Source of the DNA: an uncultured Gemmatimonadaceae bacterium | GTDB lineage: Bacteria; Gemmatimonadota; Gemmatimonadetes; Gemmatimonadales; Gemmatimonadaceae | Length of the DNA: 64,000 nucleotides | Direction of reading: 5' to 3' | NCBI GenBank assembly: GCA_963817955.1 | Contig: CAWFQK010000001.1 | Location: 288,001 to 352,000 of the forward strand | Part shown: piece by piece, positions 37,406 through 46,098 of the stretch | Position numbering within the stretch: the stretch's first letter is position 1 | Layout: every line of letters begins with the position of its first letter | The notes under the pieces: generated by a model | What the model saw: the letters and a program-made list of their open reading frames with translations, nothing else | Told to the model about the DNA's origin: nothing | The model's database searches: none | Position numbers and translations under genes: made by a program

Positions 37406-40400
37406 CTACCTCACGGTTGGCGGGACGGTGAGCGTCACGTCGTACGTCTTGAGCGCCTGACTCATGGCCGCGGCGCGAGTCAGCAGTGCGTTCGCGTCGG
37501 CGATCGCCTTGGGAAGCGCCACCTTCACGTCGTTGTACTGACGGACCGAGGACGCACTCGGCGCCTCCCAGACAGCCATGAGCTGCGTCTTGAGCGACGT
37601 CGTGCGCGCCAGAACATTCTCCGGATCGGGCGCTGCGCCACGACCGCCACCGCCGCCGCGGCCACCGGCGCCAAGGTTGAGCGGAACACCGAATTTCTTG
37701 CGAACCACATCCATGCTCTTCGTGAGAGCGGCAAACTGGGACGTCACGTTCGCCGGTACGGCGGTGTTGCCGGCGAGCTTCTTGGACACATCGGCGAATT
37801 GGGCGTGGAGCGTGTTGAGTGCGCTCGCCGCTGCGACGCCGCGCCGCTGCAAGGCGTGCAGATCGCTGACGATAGCGGTGTAGCGGTCGTGCGCACCCGG
37901 CGCAAAGTGCACGGCGGGGTCGAACGACAGCTTTAGCGCTTTAGAATCGAGTACCTTTCCGCCGCTCGTGAGTGCCACGGTATACGTGCCGGGCATGACG
38001 GACGGGCCAGGACCGCCCAGTCCACCGCCGCCAAAGCCGCCGCCCCCCTGCCCGCGTCCTGCGGAGCTGTCGGACGCCACGACGCAGGGATTCGCGGCGT
38101 TGTAGGCTGCAGGCACCGGCTGCGGGACGCCCGGTGCTGCTGGGGTGCCACCGCGGCCACCGCGACCACCGACGCCGCCACGAGCTCCGCGGCTGGCCGC
38201 CGCCGAATCCGCTGGCGCGGTGATCGGCTCTATGCGGAGATCCCAGCAGGCGCTCTGAATGCCCGGCTGCGCCTTGGCGGCAGGGATCGCGATGATGCGA
38301 ATCGTCTTGCCCGCAGCGTCGCTCACGCGTAGCCCGAGATCCGCCACCGGTTTCTTCACGATGTACTGGATCACCGCCTCGCTCGACGGATTCTCACCAA
38401 CGAAGTACTGGTGACCCCAGAATTCCTCGTTGCGATCGTCCTTCGTCCTCCACTCCAGTGCGGAGCCCACTGAGAACAGCTTGACGTCCGCGTTCGCCGT
38501 CTGCGTGGCGGCGTACTCCTGAATCGGTTCGAGATGGTCGAGAACCCACAATGCGCGGCCATGCGTGGCCACGAGCATGGCGTTATCGCGCGGATGGAGC
38601 GTGATCTCGTCGACCCGTACGTCCGGGAGGTTGGCCTTGAGCTTCTGCCAGCTCGTGCCGCGATCGAGCGACAGCAAGATCCCCGTCTCCGTGCCGATGT
38701 ACAACACGTCGCGGTTCCGCTGATCTTCCGTGAGCGTGCGCACGTTCTCGCTGGCCAGATTGTTCACGATCGAATGGAATGTCTGGCCGAAGTCTGTGCT
38801 CACCCACATGTACGGGGCGTAGTCGTTCTGGCGGTGATTGTCCACGGTGACGTAGACCGTACCGGCGTCGTAGCGCGACGGCACGACCTCGCTGACGAAC
38901 GCGCCGGCCGGAAAGCCTGGAATGTCGTGCGTGATATTCCGCCAATTCTTGCCATTGTCGCGTGACACGAACACCAGACCGTCTTCGCTCCCGGTGTAGA
39001 ACACTCCGGGCTGTTTCGGCGACTCGGCGAGCGATACGATCGTTGGCCATTGTGAAACGCCGTCATCGCGTGACAGGCGGATATCCGCGTCCTTGGCGCC
39101 CATCGTGACGACGGTATCGCGGCTGGCGTTGGTCGTGAGGTCGGGGCTGATCGTCGTCCACGAGTCGCCGCGGTCATGCGACACGAACACCCGGTTCGCC
39201 GCCACGATCAGCATGCCGGGGTCGTTCGGCGAGATGATCATTGGAGTGTCCCAATGCCACCGGAACGTCTCGCCCGCCTTTGGCGCCGGCGACACATTCA
39301 GCGCCATCGGGCGAATGCTCTTCGATTCGCCCGTCACCTTGTTGCGGCGAATCATGCTGCCATCCTGGATCTCGCTGTAGATCCAGCGCGAGTCCCGACG
39401 ATCAGGAATAGCGACAAACCCGTCGCCGCCCTGAATCTGGAACCAGTCGTGGTTCAGGATGCCGGTGGTCTGTCTCACCTGGCTCGGTCCACACCACGCG
39501 TAATTGTCCTGCATCCCGCCGCAGATATTGTACGGCGTCTCCATGTCGTAACTGACGTGATAGAACAATCCAACAGGCAGGTTGCCGTAGAAATTCCATG
39601 TCTTTGCGCCGTCATACGACGTACTCAGGCCGCCGTCGTCGCCGATCAACATGTGATCGGAGTTGTTCGGATCTATCCAGATCGCGTGGACATCGTCGTG
39701 CGCGGCCAACGATGCCTGCCCCTCGGTGGTTTTCCCCCCATCGATCGTCAGTGACATCTTCACGCCACCCTGGAATACGCGATCTGCGTTGTTCGGGTCG
39801 ATGCGCACCTGACTGAAGTAGAGCGGACGCGGATTGGTCGTGCTCACGCGCTTCCACGTCGCGCCAGCATCATCCGACCGATACAGCCCGCTCTCGCCGG
39901 CCGCGGCGCCGGCGCCGCCCCGGCCACCACCACCCGCACGACCGCCACCCGGCGGCAGCGTATCGGCTGCCTCGCCGGGCACCGGCGCACCGCGCCCAGC
40001 GGGCGTCGGTGCCTCGATCGACGCGTATACGATGTTACCGTTTCTCCGATACGTATCGAGCCCGATGCGGCCGAGCGAGCCAGCGGGAATCCCGTTCGAG
40101 AGTCGCGTCCAGGTGTCGCCAGCATCGGTGGATTTCCAGATGCCGCTTCCGGGACCGCCGCCGTTCACGCAGCAGCCAGTGCGCCGACGCTGATAGGTCG
40201 ACGCATAGAGAGTTCTCGGATCGGTTGACGACACAATGAGATCGTTCGCGCCGGTTTCCTCATCGACGTACAGCACACGCTTCCACGTCTTTCCGCCGTC
40301 GATGGTCTTGTATACGCCGCGCTCGCCGCCCGGGCCGAACAGCGGGCCGGTGGCGGCAACGAGGACCACGTCGTTGTTGGTGGGATCGATGACGATCCGA

Positions 40401-40849
40401 TTGATGTGCTTGGAGTCGCGCAGACCAACGTTCTGGAAAGTCTTGCCGCCGTCCATCGACTTCCATACACCATCGCCCCATGACGTGCTCTGGCGGTTGT
40501 TCGACTCGCCTGTCCCGACCCACACCACGTCGGGGTTAGACTGCGACATCGTGACGTCGCCGATCGACATCAGACCGTGGTCTTCAAAGATCGGCGTAAA
40601 CGTTGCGCCATTGCTCGTCGTCTTCCATACGCCACCATGGGCGGCTCCGACGAAGAATATCGCGGGGTTCTTCTCATACACGGCGAGATCGGCGATGCGG
40701 CCAGACATGATCGCCGGGCCAATCGAACGGAAGTGTAGTTTGTCGAATTGATGCGCTACCGGTGTCGGGCCCTGCGCGGCAAGGAACCGGCACGCGACGA
40801 GCAGAGTGGTGGCGACAGAGGGCGCGAGGCGACGAAGGTGGCTGGGCAC
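37406..40849 (-). CDS. VPS10/sortilin-like BNR (Asp-box) repeat exported protein
   Basis: FRSIGPA..SGRI, repeated SxDxGxTW Asp-boxes, GGMQDN, ISPDLT, ATHGR. Confidence 0.85.
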   Translation of the reverse strand: MPSHLRRLAPSVATTLLVACRFLAAQGPTPVAHQFDKLHFRSIGPAIMSGRIADLAVYEKNPAIFFVGAAHGGVWKTTSNGATFTPIFEDHGLMSIGDVTMSQSNPDVVWVGTGESNNRQSTSWGDGVWKSMDGGKTFQNVGLRDSKHINRIVIDPTNNDVVLVAATGPLFGPGGERGVYKTIDGGKTWKRVLYVDEETGANDLIVSSTDPRTLYASTYQRRRTGCCVNGGGPGSGIWKSTDAGDTWTRLSNGIPAGSLGRIGLDTYRRNGNIVYASIEAPTPAGRGAPVPGEAADTLPPGGGRAGGGGRGGAGAAAGESGLYRSDDAGATWKRVSTTNPRPLYFSQVRIDPNNADRVFQGGVKMSLTIDGGKTTEGQASLAAHDDVHAIWIDPNNSDHMLIGDDGGLSTSYDGAKTWNFYGNLPVGLFYHVSYDMETPYNICGGMQDNYAWCGPSQVRQTTGILNHDWFQIQGGDGFVAIPDRRDSRWIYSEIQDGSMIRRNKVTGESKSIRPMALNVSPAPKAGETFRWHWDTPMIISPNDPGMLIVAANRVFVSHDRGDSWTTISPDLTTNASRDTVVTMGAKDADIRLSRDDGVSQWPTIVSLAESPKQPGVFYTGSEDGLVFVSRDNGKNWRNITHDIPGFPAGAFVSEVVPSRYDAGTVYVTVDNHRQNDYAPYMWVSTDFGQTFHSIVNNLASENVRTLTEDQRNRDVLYIGTETGILLSLDRGTSWQKLKANLPDVRVDEITLHPRDNAMLVATHGRALWVLDHLEPIQEYAATQTANADVKLFSVGSALEWRTKDDRNEEFWGHQYFVGENPSSEAVIQYIVKKPVADLGLRVSDAAGKTIRIIAIPAAKAQPGIQSACWDLRIEPITAPADSAAASRGARGGVGGRGGRGGTPAAPGVPQPVPAAYNAANPCVVASDSSAGRGQGGGGFGGGGLGGPGPSVMPGTYTVALTSGGKVLDSKALKLSFDPAVHFAPGAHDRYTAIVSDLHALQRRGVAAASALNTLHAQFADVSKKLAGNTAVPANVTSQFAALTKSMDVVRKKFGVPLNLGAGGRGGGGGRGAAPDPENVLARTTSLKTQLMAVWEAPSASSVRQYNDVKVALPKAIADANALLTRAAAMSQALKTYDVTLTVPPTVR

Positions 40850-41001
40850 GAGGCCTCCAGACGAGCGGCGCGGTGGGATGACGGGAAGGATCTGCGAAAC
40901 GCAGATGGTCGGCCGCAGAAGCTAACCCGCGGACAAGCGGTCGGCGAGGCAGGCCGGCAAACATGAACGCGCGACCACCAGGCTGGTCAAGAGACGCATA
41001 T

Positions 41002-41562
41002 ATGACGCACTCGCTGAGCGAAGCCGTCCGCAATCTGCTGGCACTCTCACTTCTCACCGCGGCATGTTCACGCGACGCGACGCGTGAGTCCGCGCGCACC
41101 GACACGGCCGTCGTGCCCGCCGAAACACACGCCGCGACGGTTGCCGGCCAACCCGACCCATATGTCGGCATCCACTACGATCCGCTTCCACCGGGTACGA
41201 CGTACGAAGGCGGCGCCATTCTCACCGGTCCGGACGGCAGACCAATCAGCTTTGCCCTCACGCACGTCCTGACGCCGCGTGGAAACTATTTCTGGCTCGA
41301 CAGCCTGCTTCCGGACGATGGCGCGCACCGCTCGCGGATCGTGCGCGCCGCGCTGCGCGTGCCTTCCCTGGCGCGAGACGAGCAGATGTTCGTCGGCTCA
41401 TGTGACGTGAACGGCAAGCTCGATCCAGCGGTGGTGGCTATAGCCGTCACCGAGCGCGCCGTCACCCGTTATGCCAAGATCCGTCAGGCATGGCGGGCCT
41501 ATCCGAGGTCGGCGACGTTCGAGGTTATTCCTGTGGCCGGTATCGTGTGCGAGGAACCGTAG
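41002..41562 (+). CDS. Hypothetical lipoprotein
   Basis: Lipobox LTAAC; gene-like codon usage. Confidence 0.7.
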   Translation: MTHSLSEAVRNLLALSLLTAACSRDATRESARTDTAVVPAETHAATVAGQPDPYVGIHYDPLPPGTTYEGGAILTGPDGRPISFALTHVLTPRGNYFWLDSLLPDDGAHRSRIVRAALRVPSLARDEQMFVGSCDVNGKLDPAVVAIAVTERAVTRYAKIRQAWRAYPRSATFEVIPVAGIVCEEP

Positions 41563-42077
41563 TTGGGACACGGGACACGAGGAGACGGGGAAACTCACTA
41601 CGCACCACTCATAACTGGAAACTCGAACCTCGCCGACCGGTGGGCCGACCGCTACGGAGCCGCCAGCGACATCCCGCCAGAATAGAGCCCGGAGGCCAAT
41701 CCCCGCCTCGCGATCGGTAGCCAGCGACATCCAGCCGGTCAAAGTCCGGAGGCCAATCCACTATCACCGGCCGGCGAGAGCGGCTTGCGAGCCACGGCCC
41801 CCGCGCGACCACGCTGCACAATTCTATTTCGGTCTGAACGTGGCGCGCGACTCAATGTCACCGAACCTTCGCGAAGGTCATTAGGGCTGCCGGATCAATT
41901 CCTTCCCTTTCGCTCGGAATTGTCGCATCACGATGCAGTCTGGCGAGGTGGACGTCTCGGAATGTGGGCGATTGGTAAGCGGAATGAAGCCACCGCGCCC
42001 CGATCCTGGCCCGCCGCGGGCTGCCGTTACTCGGCCGCGGCCAAGAGTAACGCTGCCGCGCGCGGTTCCCGAACGTG

Positions 42078-42200
42078 CCGCGCTATCGATCCGCCATACC
42101 GCGCTATCGATCCGCCATACCGCGCTATCGATCCGCCATACCGCGCTATCGATCTGCGTGCCGCGTTATCGATCCGCGTGCCGCGCTATCGATCCGCATG
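42078..42200. repeat. Tandem array of six 20-21-bp units
   Basis: 3x CCGCGCTATCGATCCGCCATA, then three 20-bp variants (CCGCGCTATCGATCTGCGTG etc.). Confidence 0.9.
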
Positions 42201-42384
42201 GCGCGCGCTGGCCGCAGAACTCCGCAAAATGAAGTCGGCGTACCGCGCGAGCCGCGACACCGTGCCATTCCAAGTCGGCGGGTAGGCGCGTGGACAACCG
42301 GTGTTGCCGCGCGCGCCGGTCGGATGCCGCCGACTTTTGAGCCGTGCCGCGCGTGGCCCCGCACGCACAAACGCTTTCCGCCGG

Positions 42385-42434
42385 CGCGGCGCGCCGGATG
42401 CGACTACGCCGCGAGTTGCATCCGGCGCGCCGCG
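42385..42434. repeat. 21-bp-stem inverted repeat
   Basis: CGCGGCGCGCCGGATGCGACT-N8-AGTTGCATCCGGCGCGCCGCG. Confidence 0.75.
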
Positions 42435-42668
42435 GTCGGAGGCCAGAAGCCGCGGCGAGAGCACGTTGCGCCGCGCCCGGGAGCCTGACGCCATTGCCGG
42501 TCGGTGCGGCGTGGATTGGGTTGTGGGTGTTGACCTGCTGGTTGTCGCTGGCTGCTCCGTACCCGTCGGCCCACCGGTCGGCGAGTTTCGAGTTGCCAGT
42601 TGTGCGTTGTGAGTGTCCCGTGTCCCCTATACGCGCTTCCCTCTGCGCGTCTCTGCGCCCGGGCGGTC

Positions 42669-42708
42669 AAAAACAAGCCGTCCGGCCCTCGAGACGCCCG
42701 GGACGGCA
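42669..42708 (-). terminator. Probable intrinsic terminator of the groES-brx unit
   Basis: Minus strand GCCGTCC...GGACGGC stem followed by TTGTTTTT. Confidence 0.6.
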
Positions 42709-42735
42709 AAGCCAGTCGGCCGCAACCCGTCATAC

Positions 42736-43173
42736 TTACGACGCGCAGTACCGATTGAACGCGTTCACCAGGTCGTGCGCGATCTCCTCTGGGGGACGAC
42801 CCTCGATCTGCCAGCGCTCGAGCATGAAGACGAGCGCACCGTCCTTCATCAATGCGATCTGCGGCGACGATGGCGCATAGCCCGTGAAATAGCTGCGCGC
42901 TCGTGCCGTCGCCTCGGCGTCCTGCCCGGCGAACACAGTCGTGAGCTGATCCGGCTTCACGGGATTCCCGAGCGCGATGGCAACGGCCGGACGCGCCATG
43001 CGCGCCGAGCAGCCGCACACGGAGTTCACCGCGACCAGAGTCGTTCCCTTCGTATTCTTGAGGGCGGCATCGACCTCATCGGCCGTGCGCAGCTCCTTCA
43101 GACCGAGTCGCGTCAGGTCCTGACGCATGGGCGTGAGAAGTCGTTCGTCGTACATCTGCTGTGGAAGACGCAT
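42736..43173 (-). CDS. BrxA/BrxB (YphP/YqiW) family bacilliredoxin
   Basis: NSVCGCSA CGC motif, TVFAGQD.EAT..AR, PSSPQIALMKDG, IEG. Confidence 0.9.
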   Translation of the reverse strand: MRLPQQMYDERLLTPMRQDLTRLGLKELRTADEVDAALKNTKGTTLVAVNSVCGCSARMARPAVAIALGNPVKPDQLTTVFAGQDAEATARARSYFTGYAPSSPQIALMKDGALVFMLERWQIEGRPPEEIAHDLVNAFNRYCAS

Positions 43174-43202
43174 ATGCTGATGTTTCGCCTGGAAAGTGCG
43201 TG

Positions 43203-43562
43203 CTATTCGTCGCGTACGAGTGCAAGAATTGCCGCTTGAGGCACGACGAGATAGCGGTCGCCTTCGAACGTGATCTCGACGGCAGCCTTGCGAAAGAACA
43301 GTACATAATCGCCGGTGCGCGCCTGCATGGGAACGAACCGCGTCGCCCGCTCTGGCGTGCGCCAGGGCTCGTCGGACAGCGAGTCCGGACTCGGCATGGG
43401 CAGACCCGGACCGGTCGCGACGATCCTGCCGCCCTGCACTGCCTGATTGTCGATGGCTGTCGGCGGCAGGTAGAGGCCGACGTTCGTACGCTCTTCGCCT
43501 TCCTCGACGCGCACGAGCACGCGGTCGCCGACCACGATGAGCTCTCTGTCTCGCTTGATCAT
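43203..43562 (-). CDS. groES: Co-chaperonin GroES-family protein (orphan, extended roof loop)
   Basis: VGDRVLV, GLYLP, G.IVATGPG, GDYVLF, YLVV...AILA; GGAG RBS; no groEL adjacent. Confidence 0.8.
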   Translation of the reverse strand: MIKRDRELIVVGDRVLVRVEEGEERTNVGLYLPPTAIDNQAVQGGRIVATGPGLPMPSPDSLSDEPWRTPERATRFVPMQARTGDYVLFFRKAAVEITFEGDRYLVVPQAAILALVRDE

Positions 43563-43831
43563 TGGTGCTCCGAAATCAACGCGTGCCTGGTCCCCTGATT
43601 CGCTGAAAGATACGCTCAGACAGAGGTCGGCACGAGCGGCGGAGCTCAGAGCCAGGCGACGCCGATTGCCAGCGGCCCGATACAGACTGAGAGGCGGAGA
43701 GGAGTGACAGCGGGATGGCCGACTGTAGATCCTCGGCACACCCCGCTGACCCTCTTACCCCGGAACGCCGGCCTGCCCCCACCCGGACCCGCACGACGTT
43801 CGCGAAGCACTGCTTGGTACTACCTCCAAAG

Positions 43832-43857
43832 GACACGCGGCTGCGTGACCACCCCTA
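43832..43857 (-). promoter_or_regulatory. Putative ECF-sigma promoter (copy 3)
   Basis: TAGGGGTG-N13-GTGTC on the minus strand. Confidence 0.5.
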
Positions 43858-43862
43858 CGACA

Positions 43863-44330
43863 TCAACCAACCGTGACTGTTCCTGCCGTGGAATCGTACA
43901 CGGCCGAATACGACGTCATATCGGATGTCGGCTGACCACCAATCCAATGGCCGTTCTTGTCGAACGTGGCGCCATGATTTGGGCAGAAGAAACCGCTACC
44001 CGTGGCGCTCAACGTACCCCCCGCGTGCGGACAGATGCGCGAGAAAGCAGAAAAAGCCGTGCTTCCCTCGCGCACGATCGCGACCGGGACGCCGTTAATC
44101 GATGTCGTCGCGACACCGCCGACACTCGTCAGCGCCGGGAAGTCGGAAATCTTGAGAATTGTGGTCGGCACCGTTGTGCCGGTCAGGTCTCCCGGTGCAC
44201 ATGCCGCGAGAGCCATGGCGGCAAGCGCGGCCGCTCCGTACGCCATGAACTCACGACGCCCCAGCAGACGCTCGCCTGATGCACTGGCACCACACGAGCA
44301 CATAGGTCCGCAGCGCGTGTCCGCCACCAT
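43863..44330 (-). CDS. Tat-exported Rieske [2Fe-2S] lipoprotein
   Basis: GRREFM Tat motif, ALAAC lipobox, CPH and CPNH Rieske ligands. Confidence 0.85.
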   Translation of the reverse strand: MVADTRCGPMCSCGASASGERLLGRREFMAYGAAALAAMALAACAPGDLTGTTVPTTILKISDFPALTSVGGVATTSINGVPVAIVREGSTAFSAFSRICPHAGGTLSATGSGFFCPNHGATFDKNGHWIGGQPTSDMTSYSAVYDSTAGTVTVG

Positions 44331-44394
44331 CTCATCTTCTTTCTGCATCAGCAACTCCCGATTCAGTGAAGTAACGACTATTTCGTCACCAACA

Positions 44395-45312
44395 TCACTG
44401 GCAAACCAAGCGTCCGTGCGGCAACGGCAGCGTGCAGTTCTGCGTGGTGCCATTCAGCGTGATGACCACCTTGGCCGTGGCCGACCCATCATAGGTCACG
44501 ACCTCGCGCCGCGACGTCGTCGCCGGCGATTGTCCAGTGATGGTGATCGTCGCCGACATCGCGCGAATCACCGTTCCGGCCGTCGGGAACGGATGCGGGT
44601 TGGTGGACGAACGCACCGGCATAATGAGACCGGTTGTTGTGTCGCCGACGGTACGGCTTGCAGTGAATGTCCCCTGCATCGACGTGCCGGTCGTGCTCTC
44701 CGTACCACCGGACGTGCCGCTCACCGTAACCTGCGTGCTTCCTGCGGCGAGACCCGTGACCGTTCGTGTGCTTGCCTCGTTCACCGTACTCGTACTGCTG
44801 TCACGCCGCGTTGCGGTGCCCTTCACCGTTGCCGTCGAGACCACCTTGTCCGTCGTGCTGTCGATCTTCTGTTGCGCTACGCCGGCGGCTGTCGTGAACT
44901 GGAACGTGCGGGTGATCGTCAGGCCATTATGAACCGTCGGTCCGCACGTGAGGGTGCCCGCTGCGAACGCACACGCGGTATCGCTGTGGAAATCGTCACG
45001 GCCAAAGCCGTCACCGAGGAAGCCACCGCCAAGTCCGCCCCCCATGAGGCCGAGCCCAAAGCCCGGTCCGTCTCCACGGCCATCGAATCCGTGATCGCCA
45101 CCATGACGCATGAGGCCGAACCCAGGCTCGAACGTGGCGCCAGAGTCGCCGAAACTTGTCGACAGCGACCCGAAGCCGGTGGGCGTGGATGAGTACGCCG
45201 ACGCCATCGTGATCGCCAGCTGGCTGCTGGGAGCGGTGTTCGTGCCGGTATCGCTACAGGCGGTCGCGACGACAGCGGCCGCGGCGGCGCCAAGAACGAG
45301 GAATGTGCGCAT
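44395..45312 (-). CDS. Thr-rich hypothetical lipoprotein with Gly/His-rich insert
   Basis: Lipobox ATAC; GLMRHGGDHGFDG... segment; two Cys pairs. Confidence 0.8.
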   Translation of the reverse strand: MRTFLVLGAAAAAVVATACSDTGTNTAPSSQLAITMASAYSSTPTGFGSLSTSFGDSGATFEPGFGLMRHGGDHGFDGRGDGPGFGLGLMGGGLGGGFLGDGFGRDDFHSDTACAFAAGTLTCGPTVHNGLTITRTFQFTTAAGVAQQKIDSTTDKVVSTATVKGTATRRDSSTSTVNEASTRTVTGLAAGSTQVTVSGTSGGTESTTGTSMQGTFTASRTVGDTTTGLIMPVRSSTNPHPFPTAGTVIRAMSATITITGQSPATTSRREVVTYDGSATAKVVITLNGTTQNCTLPLPHGRLVCQ

Positions 45313-45347
45313 GGAGGTTGATCCCGTGATGAAGGTGACGTCCAGAG

Positions 45348-45373
45348 GACACTCGATTCCCAAGGTACCCTGA
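45348..45373 (-). promoter_or_regulatory. Putative ECF-sigma promoter (copy 2)
   Basis: CAGGGTA-N13-GTGTC on the minus strand, 35 nt upstream of the lipoprotein ATG. Confidence 0.55.
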
Positions 45374-45415
45374 TCGTGTCCCATCGGTACACAAAGCTTC
45401 TTTGATCGCGTCCCA

Positions 45416-45967
45416 TCAGAGTTCCTGGCCTTCAGGAAGCCAGGTTGACAGACGGAGCCGTAAGTGGCGTAGCGCTTTCCCCATCTGTGACTCTACCGTC
45501 TTAATAGAAATGCCAAGCGTGGTAGCGATTTCCGCGTACCGAAGTCCCTGGCCTCGGCTCAGCTCGAACACCTGCCGACACGCGGGCGGCAGTTCCGCGA
45601 CGGCGTCCGCGAGCGCGTCGCGGAGCTCGCCGGCAACGAGTTTCGTGGCACCCGTGGCAGCGATCGTTTCCTCGCCAACGAGCTGTGGCTCGGCACGGCG
45701 CTGCACGTTGGCATGCCGAATTTGATTCAGCGACCGGTTTCGCGCCGCCCGCAGCAAGTATCCGTGCAGAGACTCCTCGATGTGCAGTTCCCCCCGGCGA
45801 CGCCAGAGCTCGAGCATGACTTCCTGCACCACGTCTTCCGCTGATGCGCGCTCGCGCAGCAGCCCCAGCGAGAAGGCCACAAGTTGCGCGTAGTGAGCGC
45901 GGAAGATGGAATCGAATGCGGCCTCATCGCCCGACCTGAGGCGATCGAGGAGCTCGCGGTCGTCCAT
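45416..45967 (-). CDS. ECF RNA polymerase sigma-70 factor (FecI-like)
   Basis: GDEAAF, AEDVVQEVMLELW, YLLRAARNRSLN, LP..CRQVFELSR..GL.YAEIA..LGISIKTVE. Confidence 0.92.
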   Translation of the reverse strand: MDDRELLDRLRSGDEAAFDSIFRAHYAQLVAFSLGLLRERASAEDVVQEVMLELWRRRGELHIEESLHGYLLRAARNRSLNQIRHANVQRRAEPQLVGEETIAATGATKLVAGELRDALADAVAELPPACRQVFELSRGQGLRYAEIATTLGISIKTVESQMGKALRHLRLRLSTWLPEGQEL

Positions 45968-46064
45968 GTGTTCTCGACGAGGAAAGAAGGTTCCGGTTTG
46001 GCCGCTCCGTCTGTTCTCAACAACGGCATTTCCCTATACTCCCGCGACGCATACATGATCCGCA

Positions 46065-46090
46065 TAGGGGTATTTGTTCGCCCATGTGTC
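46065..46090 (+). promoter_or_regulatory. Putative ECF-sigma promoter (copy 1)
   Basis: TAGGGGTA-N13-GTGTC ending 8 nt before the fecR ATG. Confidence 0.55.
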
Positions 46091-46098
46091 GATAGAGC

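Larger units (their letters stand above)
41565..42626. mobile_element. Non-coding element bounded by long inverted repeats (MITE/REPIN-like)
   Basis: Termini GGGACACGGGACAC / GTGTCCCGTGTCCC; inner 59-bp arms 41613-41671 and 42543-42601 match at 54/59 in inverted orientation; no transposase. Confidence 0.5.

Noticed and set aside
42078..42200. Possible CRISPR array
   Set aside because: Units are contiguous with no unique spacers, and there are no cas genes in the window.
41785..42488. ORFs with RAIDPPY / PRYRSAI repeats
   Set aside because: These are translations of the DNA tandem array. The unit changes from 21 to 20 bp, and there is no RBS or gene-like codon pattern.
44002..45192. 396-aa plus-strand ORF (likewise 18397-19491 +, 51345-52757 +, 55994-57292 -)
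   Set aside because: These are Arg-rich shadow frames opposite well-supported genes, as expected at high GC.
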